Position numbers and translations under genes: made by a program. The notes beneath the pieces are model-generated. The model did not search any database, was not told the origin of the DNA, and was given only the letters and a program-made list of their open reading frames with translations. A DNA stretch of 62,787 bases. Source: a virus (taxonomy: Duplodnaviria; Caudoviricetes). The stretch lies in the IMG/VR virus record IMGVR_UViG_3300044714_000076, positions 1 to 62,787 of that record. One strand, given 5' to 3'. Each line of letters opens with the position of its first letter. Position 1 is the first letter of the stretch. Below, in pieces: positions 55,225 through 62,787 of this stretch.

Positions 55225-55442
55225 TCCCATGAAGCTAGCGACTAACGACGCATAATTCGGTGAAGGTTCCTAACCTGCGTCACCTACAACCGCTGCCGAT
55301 CCGTTCGGTCCCGACCGGTTCACTCTGAGCCGGCAAGAGAGTGGTTTTTTCCGTGCCACCACCAAGGGTCCAAGAATGGTTATCCGCTCTCAGTCACCAT
55401 CCAAGTCATTGCGTGTCCCTCTTTCGAGGTTGCGGCGCAAAA
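55225..55442 (-). ncRNA. Candidate structured RNA/leader
   Basis: ORF-poor gap with multiple stems, a GAAA tetraloop and alternative pairings. Confidence 0.4.
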
Positions 55443-55444
55443 CT

Positions 55445-55711
55445 CTATGCCACCTTCTCGCTGCTCTTTTCCATCCGCACCATTTCTGCTGCCAAGATAT
55501 TCTCCGCATAGGCAACACAGCGCTTTTTTGTCCGGCACCATGAAATGCCGTGCGGTGAGTTCAGGTGTTTGCTGTCCGACAAGCGGGTGGCGGCTAAACC
55601 AAAGCCAGCATCGCTAGCGTGATAAATATAAAACCGAATGCCAGACACCTCAGCCTGATATTCGCTCTTTTCGCGGCCCGGCAGCCACTTTATTTTGTTT
55701 TCCGTGCTCAT
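55445..55711 (-). CDS. Hypothetical protein
   Basis: Start MSTENK; flanked by 19-bp repeat. Confidence 0.6.
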   Translation of the reverse strand: MSTENKIKWLPGREKSEYQAEVSGIRFYIYHASDAGFGLAATRLSDSKHLNSPHGISWCRTKKRCVAYAENILAAEMVRMEKSSEKVA

Positions 55712-55736
55712 GCCACCCTGCTCTTTTCCATCCGCA
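55461..55736. repeat. 19-bp direct repeat CTGCTCTTTTCCATCCGCA (55461-55479, 55718-55736)
   Basis: Perfect match; each copy has ATGCCACC just upstream on the plus strand. Confidence 0.85.
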
Positions 55737-55787
55737 TCCGCTGCACGGTATGGGTGTTCTCCCGGCTGGCGCGGCTGTAGTCCATTT

Positions 55788-56069
55788 TCATCTTTTGGCC
55801 ATTTCGGCAGCAAATAGATCGCGGATATGCTGTGACAGATTAAAGTCCTCTGTTGAACTTCCGCATTCTACGCCGCCTTGTTTCGGGAATAATTTTTCAT
55901 TCAGCCGAAGCATTAGATCGTCGCCCCTCCTAAAGAACAAGCTACTATCAGGAAATGACATCGTATCGTCTAGCGCGCATGGTGACTGCGGATTAGAAGG
56001 AGTGCCTCCGGTTTGCGCTGGTGCAAAAGGCCACATGGCAATTACTCCTAAGAGGTTTCGTCGAATCAT
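55788..56069 (-). CDS. Hypothetical protein
   Basis: MIRRNLLGVIAMWPFA N-terminus (twin-Arg-like). Confidence 0.5.
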   Translation of the reverse strand: MIRRNLLGVIAMWPFAPAQTGGTPSNPQSPCALDDTMSFPDSSLFFRRGDDLMLRLNEKLFPKQGGVECGSSTEDFNLSQHIRDLFAAEMAKR

Positions 56070-56269
56070 GATGCCGCTCCCGTGAATTTCCTATACCCCG
56101 CCATAAACGCCTCATGGTCCGCAGCCGACCTAAACTTCATCCCTTCCAGCCATTGCCAAGCGCGATAAGCGAGGACTTGCAATCCGCCGGGCCATTGCGG
56201 GCAGGCAGCATCGGCCCATTTCCGAAATGACGGGGCGTCGGTTGGGATTTTGTCGGCGGGGAGGTTCAT
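56066..56269 (-). CDS. Hypothetical protein
   Basis: Coupled ORF, GGAGG RBS. Confidence 0.55.
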   Translation of the reverse strand: MNLPADKIPTDAPSFRKWADAACPQWPGGLQVLAYRAWQWLEGMKFRSAADHEAFMAGYRKFTGAAS

Positions 56270-56493
56270 TCTGTCCTCCAACAACGCACGCCTTCGTCTG
56301 TGGTGCGGCAGGAAAACTTGCCTTTGATGGCTTTGCCAAATCCCGTTGCTAAGGCCGCCGCTTTTCCAATTTTGATGTCAGCCGGGAAAAGGAAGGAATC
56401 GCCAACCTTCATCTGCCGCCAAGGATATTTGGCGCCCGCCTCGCGTCGAGGATGCTCTGGCATCGGAACTTTCTTATCGACCGCAATGTCCAT
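56266..56493 (-). CDS. Small putative DNA-binding protein
   Basis: KYPWRQMKVGDSF...GVRCWR; TTGACA promoter upstream. Confidence 0.7.
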   Translation of the reverse strand: MDIAVDKKVPMPEHPRREAGAKYPWRQMKVGDSFLFPADIKIGKAAALATGFGKAIKGKFSCRTTDEGVRCWRTE

Positions 56494-56572
56494 AATGGCC
56501 TCCACAGTCCGAGTATATTTAAAGCAAATCTAACCATTGTCAAGGGCCAATATAAGGCCTACTAAACCTCAG

Positions 56573-56833
56573 TTACTCGGCATTGATTGCGGGGCCGGGA
56601 ATTGCACCCGACGCCAATAGGCAGCGCGCACGACTACGTTGGTCGCTCTGCGCTTCCCGCTTCCGGGTCGTAGGCCGTCGCCTCGCCGGATTTCGAACCA
56701 TGTCTCTGAGAATTTGGCATCCCGAACAGAGGCCATCGTAAAGTGAGTGAACCTTTTGCTTACAGCGATGGCACGTCAGAACTTCGCCAGCGCAGCAAAT
56801 GTAGTGGTGGTATCGAGCCATAATCTTTCCCAT
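56573..56833 (-). CDS. Hypothetical Cys-rich protein
   Basis: CHRC...CSGC. Confidence 0.45.
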   Translation of the reverse strand: MGKIMARYHHYICCAGEVLTCHRCKQKVHSLYDGLCSGCQILRDMVRNPARRRPTTRKREAQSDQRSRARCLLASGAIPGPAINAE

Positions 56834-56845
56834 GCTATGCAGAAG

Positions 56846-57187
56846 TTAACCGCCAGAAGCTTCAATCAGAGTGTATCCGGCTGCCGCAGCAAAAACGGTT
56901 CGCGCCTCATCGTGTGCAGCCCATAATTCGGCGCGCTGGTCTGGCGTCATGGATAAAGGGTTCATCGTCGGCTGATCCATCAGCCGTGCAAGAGCCTTTA
57001 ACAATCGAGGCGCCGCTATGATCAAACGAGCGTCATCCTCTGTTAGCGGCCACTCCTTCGAATGTGAACCGCAAATCCCCGGAGTCTCATCCTCATAGAA
57101 CGCACACTCTACTTTCAAATTGCTCGGGTCCTCATCGTTGAGGACCCATGGCCCCGGCGTATGCTTTTCTTTATTCTCTTCCTTCAT
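56846..57187 (-). CDS. Conserved phage hypothetical protein (HTPGPW family)
   Basis: KHTPGPW...DARLIIAAPRLLKAL. Confidence 0.75.
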   Translation of the reverse strand: MKEENKEKHTPGPWVLNDEDPSNLKVECAFYEDETPGICGSHSKEWPLTEDDARLIIAAPRLLKALARLMDQPTMNPLSMTPDQRAELWAAHDEARTVFAAAAGYTLIEASGG

Positions 57188-57388
57188 GGAAATTCTCCGC
57201 TGCTCATAGCATCCATTCTGGCCAAGTGCCGGGAATCATCCAACTGCACATTGATCCGGCCCGATCTCCAAAGCAGCCGTCGAACGGCGTGCGGACAAAT
57301 ATCATCGCCGGAAACTTCTTGCCGCTGCCGGGTACATAAACCACCATCATGGTGTTCTCCTACCTCCAAAACGGACAGATATCTGTCA

Positions 57389-57613
57389 TTACTCGCCACG
57401 CTGGGCGCGCTCGAAACGCCTATGCTGGCGCATGTTGTGCATCCTCCCCCGCTGATCCACCTGTTCTTTCTCAACTAAAAGAATGGCGTCCAAAAAGTCT
57501 TGGGCGTGCTTCTCGTTGCCCAATTCGAGTTCGTTGCGATAGGCTTGGCGCATCAATCGTAATTCCCATTCTTGTCTAGCCTTCGAATTGTTGGGGAGTG
57601 CCGGTTTGTTCAT
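57389..57613 (-). CDS. Hypothetical protein
   Basis: ORF in minus-strand run. Confidence 0.55.
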   Translation of the reverse strand: MNKPALPNNSKARQEWELRLMRQAYRNELELGNEKHAQDFLDAILLVEKEQVDQRGRMHNMRQHRRFERAQRGE

Positions 57614-57622
57614 TTGTCTGCC

Positions 57623-58156
57623 CTATCCGAACGGATTACGTGCGCCCTTTTGAAGCTCTAGCCGAAATCCCATTGCCTCGACCCAATCAAAAAAACTCTG
57701 TAGTCTTGGCATCTGTTCTCCTCGCTCCCACTTCGCGATTTGAACGCAGTGAGAACCTAGAATTTTGGCAAGGCGTTCCTGGGTCATTCCGTTTTTCCGC
57801 CGCGTCTCGCGCAGCGTGCGGATTATAGAATGCCGCGATTGTTTTGTTGAAGGGTCTCGCCTCAATTTCATTTGAGCGGCCATCTTGGTAATCGCAGGCT
57901 GCGGGTGTCGGGGGATAGCCGTCAAGATTTCGGCCCATGAACCGCGCGGCCAAAGGCGCCGCAAGGTGGCGCGCTCGGGGCCGGTCCAGGGTGTCCTTGA
58001 ATTGTAAAGGCGCTTGATACCTTGAGAGATTACCTGATTGCGAATTGCCGCCTGAGTGCGGCCGGGAAACTGGCTCAGAATATTGCGCCATTTCTCGACA
58101 GGATAAATCAGCCGGACGAGTTCCAGTTCTTCCGCAGTCCAAGGTTTTCCGGCCAT
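57623..58156 (-). CDS. Myb-like repeats fused to XRE HTH
   Basis: Two PWT.(E)E repeats; LRETRRKNGMTQERLAKILG....IAKWERG. Confidence 0.75.
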   Translation of the reverse strand: MAGKPWTAEELELVRLIYPVEKWRNILSQFPGRTQAAIRNQVISQGIKRLYNSRTPWTGPERATLRRLWPRGSWAEILTAIPRHPQPAITKMAAQMKLRRDPSTKQSRHSIIRTLRETRRKNGMTQERLAKILGSHCVQIAKWERGEQMPRLQSFFDWVEAMGFRLELQKGARNPFG

Positions 58157-58193
58157 TCATAATCTGCCTGTTAATTCCGTATATGCCGCCGTT

Positions 58194-58598
58194 TTATGGA
58201 CGCGCTTTGCCAGCAACAAACTGGCGGATGCGCTTTGTTACGGCGCGCTCGCCGACTGCGCCCTTCTGATACTTTGCCGGGTACTTTGATTGGGCAAATA
58301 GAAACTCGACCTCAGAAAGCTCGATGCCAAATAACGAGGCGGCGGCATCAAAGCCTATGTTGTCGCCGTGCTCTGGCGAAATGTAGTAGCGCGCTCCGCC
58401 ATTGGTGAGACCGGCGCGCTTAAAGGCCCCGCTCAAAACTGCCAGCCCCATAGCGCAAGCCGTGGTCCCGCAATTGAGCGCCACTTCCCCGTCGTCGCGA
58501 GCGTTACCCCAGTCGTACAAATCGAATTTGATGCCGTTCTTGTTCTTGGCGTCCGCTTCGAGCAGATCGGCCAGCTTCAAAAGTCTGCGCTTGTTCAC
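58194..58598 (-). CDS. Hypothetical protein (CGTTACAMG motif)
   Basis: GGAGG RBS; recurring phage motif. Confidence 0.7.
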   Translation of the reverse strand: MNKRRLLKLADLLEADAKNKNGIKFDLYDWGNARDDGEVALNCGTTACAMGLAVLSGAFKRAGLTNGGARYYISPEHGDNIGFDAAASLFGIELSEVEFLFAQSKYPAKYQKGAVGERAVTKRIRQFVAGKARP

Positions 58599-58613
58599 GG
58601 TATCCTCCTACCT

Positions 58614-58859
58614 CTAAGTTGGCGACATACTTGTTGACAGTGGCAAGAAGTCGGACGAGTTGATGATGCGATTGCATTCGTCCATCGCCGAGCAAATTTG
58701 CCTAAATGTAAGAAGGTCCATTTCGATCTTAATCAACAGATCGTCTCGCGCGCCTTCCCATACCGTTTTCAGTTCCTCAATGTGATCGATGCCGTGCAGC
58801 GCCAGATCAATGCTATCGATGGCGTTTCGCATTTCAGTGTATTTTTCTTTCAGGGTCAT
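58614..58859 (-). CDS. Hypothetical protein
   Basis: ORF in operon. Confidence 0.55.
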   Translation of the reverse strand: MTLKEKYTEMRNAIDSIDLALHGIDHIEELKTVWEGARDDLLIKIEMDLLTFRQICSAMDECNRIINSSDFLPLSTSMSPT

Positions 58860-58866
58860 TTGCCTG

Positions 58867-59145
58867 TTAACCTGTCGAAAGCGCCCGAAGCTTTTTCAGG
58901 TACGCGATACGCTTGCGCGGCGACAACCGTGGCACCGGAAATTTGGAGTTCTTCGCGATCAGCTTCTCCAACTTGTCCAGTGTTGCCCACGCCATCGCCG
59001 CATCCATCGGCCCCGCGCCTGGCTCGACGCCCTGCTCCACCCAGGATCTCATGGTCGGATGCGGGCGATCGAACCAGCGGGCCAGATCGGCAACTGTGAG
59101 GTTGCCGTCCTTCTGACATTTCTGGAGTCGGGACTGGAAAGTCAT
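58867..59145 (-). CDS. HTH-like protein
   Basis: LTVADLARWFDRPHPTMRSWV. Confidence 0.6.
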   Translation of the reverse strand: MTFQSRLQKCQKDGNLTVADLARWFDRPHPTMRSWVEQGVEPGAGPMDAAMAWATLDKLEKLIAKNSKFPVPRLSPRKRIAYLKKLRALSTG

Positions 59146-60146
59146 GACTTGAAAAACGCATCCAGGTCGTTCGCCAGGTCGGCTGGCGGCGCTTCGGGTT
59201 GCTGAATACCGAAGTTGGGGGCGGCTTCGGGGCGGAAGGGGGCCATGGTCGTCTGGCCGTTCTCGGGAGCTGCCGGTGCGGCTTCCTTCTTGGGACGCCC
59301 GCGAGTTTTGGGCTGCTCAGAAGGCATTGCGTTGCCGGCAAGACCTGTTCCCGGGCCAGTCTGCGCAGCAAGTCGTTCGGCGGTTTGCTGGGGCGCCACC
59401 AACGCTCCCTGAATCGGCTGATCCAGCCGGCCCACGATGCCATCGGTTGCGTGGCTCAGAAGCATCTCGTTGCGGAGAGCACCGGCCTCGGGATCGATGA
59501 AGTAGCTCGACGCCGCGAACTGCACCACGCCGCTCTTATCAGCCTCGAACGTGAGCCGTGTCACAACATCGCGCATGTCGGCACCAGTCTTGCCGAATTT
59601 TTCCTTGTATTTTTTCCAGTTGTCGAACGAACCAGGAGTGACGCGGAACTGGAATGCAATCTTGTGCATCAGCACCCACTTCGCTTCCTTCGGATTGGGC
59701 AAGTCCAGAACGAACACCGCAGCCCACAGCTCGTCGCGGCACGCCTTCACCGGCTTGCCTGTCAGTTTCGACTGCGCAGAACCACGCTTGTTCCATTCGC
59801 AACTATTGCACATATGCCCACCCGCAGCGTTCTGCGGCTCGGTCGCTTCCCGGCTGGCGGCGATGCCATTCGAGGACCAGCAAAGCGGCGGATCGTTGCT
59901 TTCGGGAGTCCACGGTTTTTCGGGATCGTAAAGCAGCTTGCACATCTTGTCGGACAAATCGAAAATGCACACGTCGAGATACTTCGTCTCGACCGGATGC
60001 TTCTCACCGGCAGCATCGATCAGGGTAAAATTGCTGCCCCGAATCGAAATGTGAGGTGGCATGGCTGAACCCATGCCCTCGGTGGCGCGGTCAGCCAAGC
60101 GCGGCAGGGCAGCTTTTTGCAGGTAGTCGGGTAGTTGCGCGGTCAT
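59142..60146 (-). CDS. Putative ssDNA-binding/recombination protein
   Basis: ISIRGSNF, PLCWSSNG, CNSCEWNKRGS..GKPVKAC; acidic-aromatic C-terminal tail. Confidence 0.55.
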   Translation of the reverse strand: MTAQLPDYLQKAALPRLADRATEGMGSAMPPHISIRGSNFTLIDAAGEKHPVETKYLDVCIFDLSDKMCKLLYDPEKPWTPESNDPPLCWSSNGIAASREATEPQNAAGGHMCNSCEWNKRGSAQSKLTGKPVKACRDELWAAVFVLDLPNPKEAKWVLMHKIAFQFRVTPGSFDNWKKYKEKFGKTGADMRDVVTRLTFEADKSGVVQFAASSYFIDPEAGALRNEMLLSHATDGIVGRLDQPIQGALVAPQQTAERLAAQTGPGTGLAGNAMPSEQPKTRGRPKKEAAPAAPENGQTTMAPFRPEAAPNFGIQQPEAPPADLANDLDAFFKS

Positions 60147-60550
60147 TACGATCTCCGTATGTTGACCCGGTTGAAATAGTTCACCTCAATTCCAGGAGGC
60201 GGCTGGTTCTTGTTATCTTCGAGGTACTGTTTGAGCGCGTCTTTCTGAGGGGCGCCAACTTGCAGCAGCTCGTTGCCGATCGCGTCCCAATTCTCGTTCA
60301 CGAAATCGAGGTACTTGTCGCGGTCGATCACCTTTGGCGTGGTGATGGTCGAGATGTATGCGGTCCCATTATCCGTGGACATGGAATTCTGCTTCTGCTC
60401 GTGCATCATACCGAGCAGGATACCCTTGATTTCGTCCATACGCTTCTTGTGCGGCGCGAGGTGTTCGGTGAAGCGCTTGCTCTCGGCGGCACACCAGTCG
60501 TCCAGCTTGGTGTGTTCGGCGATGAGGTCGGCGGCGGTAATATTATGCAT
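60146..60550 (-). CDS. Conserved replication-module hypothetical protein
   Basis: STDNGTAY...PPPGIEV; start MHNIT. Confidence 0.7.
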   Translation of the reverse strand: MHNITAADLIAEHTKLDDWCAAESKRFTEHLAPHKKRMDEIKGILLGMMHEQKQNSMSTDNGTAYISTITTPKVIDRDKYLDFVNENWDAIGNELLQVGAPQKDALKQYLEDNKNQPPPGIEVNYFNRVNIRRS

Positions 60551-60722
60551 CGTTTTCACACTGGCAGTTAGGATGCGGATTACCGCGCTCGCCATAACCA
60601 CACGCGGTACAAAATGTATCGTTGTACCGAAGATTCGCAAACACTTCCGCACGCTGCTGCCACGGTAACTCAATGAGTGCCGCGAAACAATTTTCATAAG
60701 CGGCTTTTTGCTGGTCGTTCAT
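60543..60722 (-). CDS. 59-aa Cys-motif protein (not in ORF track)
   Basis: FCTACG...NCQCENDA; overlaps both neighbours. Confidence 0.6.
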   Translation of the reverse strand: MNDQQKAAYENCFAALIELPWQQRAEVFANLRYNDTFCTACGYGERGNPHPNCQCENDA

Positions 60723-62350
60723 AGCGCGTTCGCTTTCACCAGGTCGAGAAGGGCGCCTTGCAGCGCGAGGTTATTTTCGAGACGCCTGAATATTTCTCGT
60801 TCGAGTGGGTTACTGACGAGTTGGACGACGGCGGTGGGAAAGCGCTGACCGGGGCGCTGCATTCGAGCGTTGGCTTGGGCATATAGCTCGGGTTTCTCCG
60901 TTGGCCCGAACCAGACGATAGCGCGTGCTGCGTAGAGATCAAGGCCGTGTCCCATTGTTTGCGGGTCGGCCACAAGAACTCGCAACGGGTTTTCCAAATC
61001 CTGGAAAGCCTGGAAAATGTTGCTACGATCTTTCTGACTGACATCGCCGTTCACTATGGCTGCGCCGTATTTATCCTTGATGTTCTTATAGATGATATTG
61101 ATTATGCTTGTCAAGGGGCTAAAAATTATTGCCTTCCCAGGCACTTGCTCCAGTACGTCCATCAACTCGGCGTGTCGGGGCTTGGCATCGATCGCGTGGA
61201 CTCGGTGGTTCTGGTCGTAGATAGCTCCGAGGCTGATCTGGACGAACTTGATACGCGCCGCGGCCTCATTCACTGCTGATATGGCGGCGCCAGACTTGAC
61301 CGTGACCACAAAATCCTTCTTGAGATCGGCCATGAGCTTCTTTTGCTCGGCCGTTAATTCCACCTCACGAAGCTGGGTGGTCGTGGGGGGCGAATCCCAG
61401 ACATCTTCTATGGCAAAACGAATTGAGGGCTTGAGCAACGCGCGGGCCTTCTCGTAGCCGTCCTTGCGCGGCACCCATTTAAAACTGTTGGGCGCGACCT
61501 GATACATGGTCTCCATTTGGAATGACTGCTTCGACTTGCCGAAAGCATTGTTCAGGAGCTTGGCAAGGCCATAAGCGTCTGTTGGAGCATTCGGCGTTGG
61601 TGTGCCAGTAAGCATCCACAGGTAGTCGCGCTTTCCAAATACGAGACGAGCGATACGGTGACGTTTAGTGGTGGAATCCTTATAAGCACTAGCCTCATCG
61701 CAAATTGCGATCTTAATGTCATCTCGTTCGGCCAAGGCTTTACTGAAACCGTCCAGCTCAAATCGCTTTCGCGTGTGGGCGCCGACACCAACGCCATCGA
61801 AGTTGACGATATAAAAATCGGCCGGGCGAGCGAGTGCAGCCAAGCGTCGATTAGCGTCGCCGTGGAGGATTTCAACCGTGCGCGCACCGAGGAAATTTTT
61901 GAAGATACCATCGCTCCATACCCTCTGCATGATCGATAGTGGACAGACGATAAGCGCCCGGCACGTCCCAGGCTTGTGCATCCGCATCACCGCATCGGCC
62001 GCCCACAAGGTCGAGAGCGTTTTGCCCACGCCCATGTCGGACAGCACGAAGCACCGCGGGTGCAGAATCATGAAATTGGTGGTCAGCTTTTGCGACTCGT
62101 AGGGGTGGCCGATCGAGGGGTGACGGGGCCATTTGTAGTTTTCGTCAGTTAGGACTGGCGGAACTGGGAAGTTGAAATGCCGAAGGACTTGCGACGTGTG
62201 CAAGTTGCGCGGCACCGCCAGATAATGCCCGTTGATCTCGCGCGCCTCGGGGATCGCCTGGCGCAACTGGTCGGTCAGGAATTGCGAGGTATTCCTGTAG
62301 ATGAGAAGTTGACGTTTTTGATCCAGGTAAAATTCAGGAGTCGTGTTCAC
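60719..62350 (-). CDS. SNF2-like superfamily 2 helicase
   Basis: DMGVGKT, CDEAS, LTGTP, GHGLDL, QANARMQRPGQ. Confidence 0.92.
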   Translation of the reverse strand: MNTTPEFYLDQKRQLLIYRNTSQFLTDQLRQAIPEAREINGHYLAVPRNLHTSQVLRHFNFPVPPVLTDENYKWPRHPSIGHPYESQKLTTNFMILHPRCFVLSDMGVGKTLSTLWAADAVMRMHKPGTCRALIVCPLSIMQRVWSDGIFKNFLGARTVEILHGDANRRLAALARPADFYIVNFDGVGVGAHTRKRFELDGFSKALAERDDIKIAICDEASAYKDSTTKRHRIARLVFGKRDYLWMLTGTPTPNAPTDAYGLAKLLNNAFGKSKQSFQMETMYQVAPNSFKWVPRKDGYEKARALLKPSIRFAIEDVWDSPPTTTQLREVELTAEQKKLMADLKKDFVVTVKSGAAISAVNEAAARIKFVQISLGAIYDQNHRVHAIDAKPRHAELMDVLEQVPGKAIIFSPLTSIINIIYKNIKDKYGAAIVNGDVSQKDRSNIFQAFQDLENPLRVLVADPQTMGHGLDLYAARAIVWFGPTEKPELYAQANARMQRPGQRFPTAVVQLVSNPLEREIFRRLENNLALQGALLDLVKANAL

Positions 62351-62630
62351 GGCGAACGGCTTTGATTTCGCGAATGACCATCTCGGCAGTACCGGCGGTG
62401 CTGTATCCGCCCGCCTGTTCTATTTCTTCCATCCGCGTGCGCTGCAATCGGGTTGGCTCTTTTCCTTCTCGCTTCACCTCGATACCCCAGAATTCGCCCT
62501 TTATGCAGGCACAAATATCGGGCACACCTGCTTTACCGAAGCCCGCCATGTACGGCAGAAAGTACCAAGCGCCGATTGAATCGAGGTACTTTTTGATTTC
62601 TGCTTTTTCGTGCGATTCGGGAGTTTTCAT
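62334..62630 (-). CDS. VRR-NUC nuclease
   Basis: TPE, GVPDI, GIEVK, PTRLQ. Confidence 0.88.
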   Translation of the reverse strand: MKTPESHEKAEIKKYLDSIGAWYFLPYMAGFGKAGVPDICACIKGEFWGIEVKREGKEPTRLQRTRMEEIEQAGGYSTAGTAEMVIREIKAVRREHDS

Positions 62631-62787
62631 TACGGACCTGCGTAGTTCCAGTCATCCGAACGAAAATCCCACAATTCAATGCGAATCTGGCGCATTTCTT
62701 CTTGATGCTTCTTTTCAATTTCGTAATTCTTTTTGTAAACACGCGAGCACGCGCGACAAAAACGCTGTTTTGCCCAAAAGTAAGTAT
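62624..62787. repeat. Terminal direct repeat, right copy
   Basis: Matches 1-164 with one mismatch. Confidence 0.97.

Noticed and set aside
55409-55440. Complete c-di-GMP-I riboswitch
   Set aside because: Only a P2-like arm matches; the GCAAAG junction and P3 receptor are not evident.
62533-62742. 69-aa ORF in the right terminal repeat
   Set aside because: Off-frame reading over the HNH 3' end and the VRR-NUC start.
1-62787. tRNA genes, DGR/reverse transcriptase, alternative genetic code
   Set aside because: No cloverleaf or reverse-transcriptase motifs were noticed, and genes are intact under the standard code. This was a scan by eye, so tRNAscan-SE should confirm.

Overview
The window is an apparently complete ~62,623-bp circular or circularly permuted dsDNA tailed-phage genome. 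Bases 1-164 repeat at 62624-62787 with one mismatch, and genes read continuously across the junction. The likely host is an alphaproteobacterium (Hyphomicrobiales, Bradyrhizobium-like), inferred from an 'AADMPVKAP' outer-membrane protein, an ANDN-type tag mimic and promoter style. Layout: (i) a minus-strand early/replication arm spanning the junction (SNF2 helicase, VRR-NUC, HNH, Cas4-like exonuclease, family A polymerase, MazG-like protein, many small ORFs); (ii) a divergent control region, a Prim-Pol/helicase gene and an iteron/IHF origin candidate; (iii) a plus-strand region with an adenine methyltransferase, an Arc-like regulator and a five-enzyme sugar-modification cluster interrupted by a serine resolvase; (iv) a podovirus-like morphogenesis module (TerL, portal, scaffold, capsid, two paralogous adaptors, nozzle, three ejection proteins; no tape measure); (v) four Ser/Thr/Gly-rich fibre or glycan-active genes with signal-peptide-like N-termini, then a GH108 endolysin and a phage-encoded beta-barrel OMP. 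The best candidate for an undescribed system is the exported fibre/glycan-active proteins together with the OMP and the glycosylation cluster. Other leads are an ssrA-like C-terminal tag, two anti-SD sRNA candidates and a structured RNA. No integrase, tRNA, rRNA or CRISPR array was seen. All calls come from reading motifs by eye; no database searches or folding programs were run.
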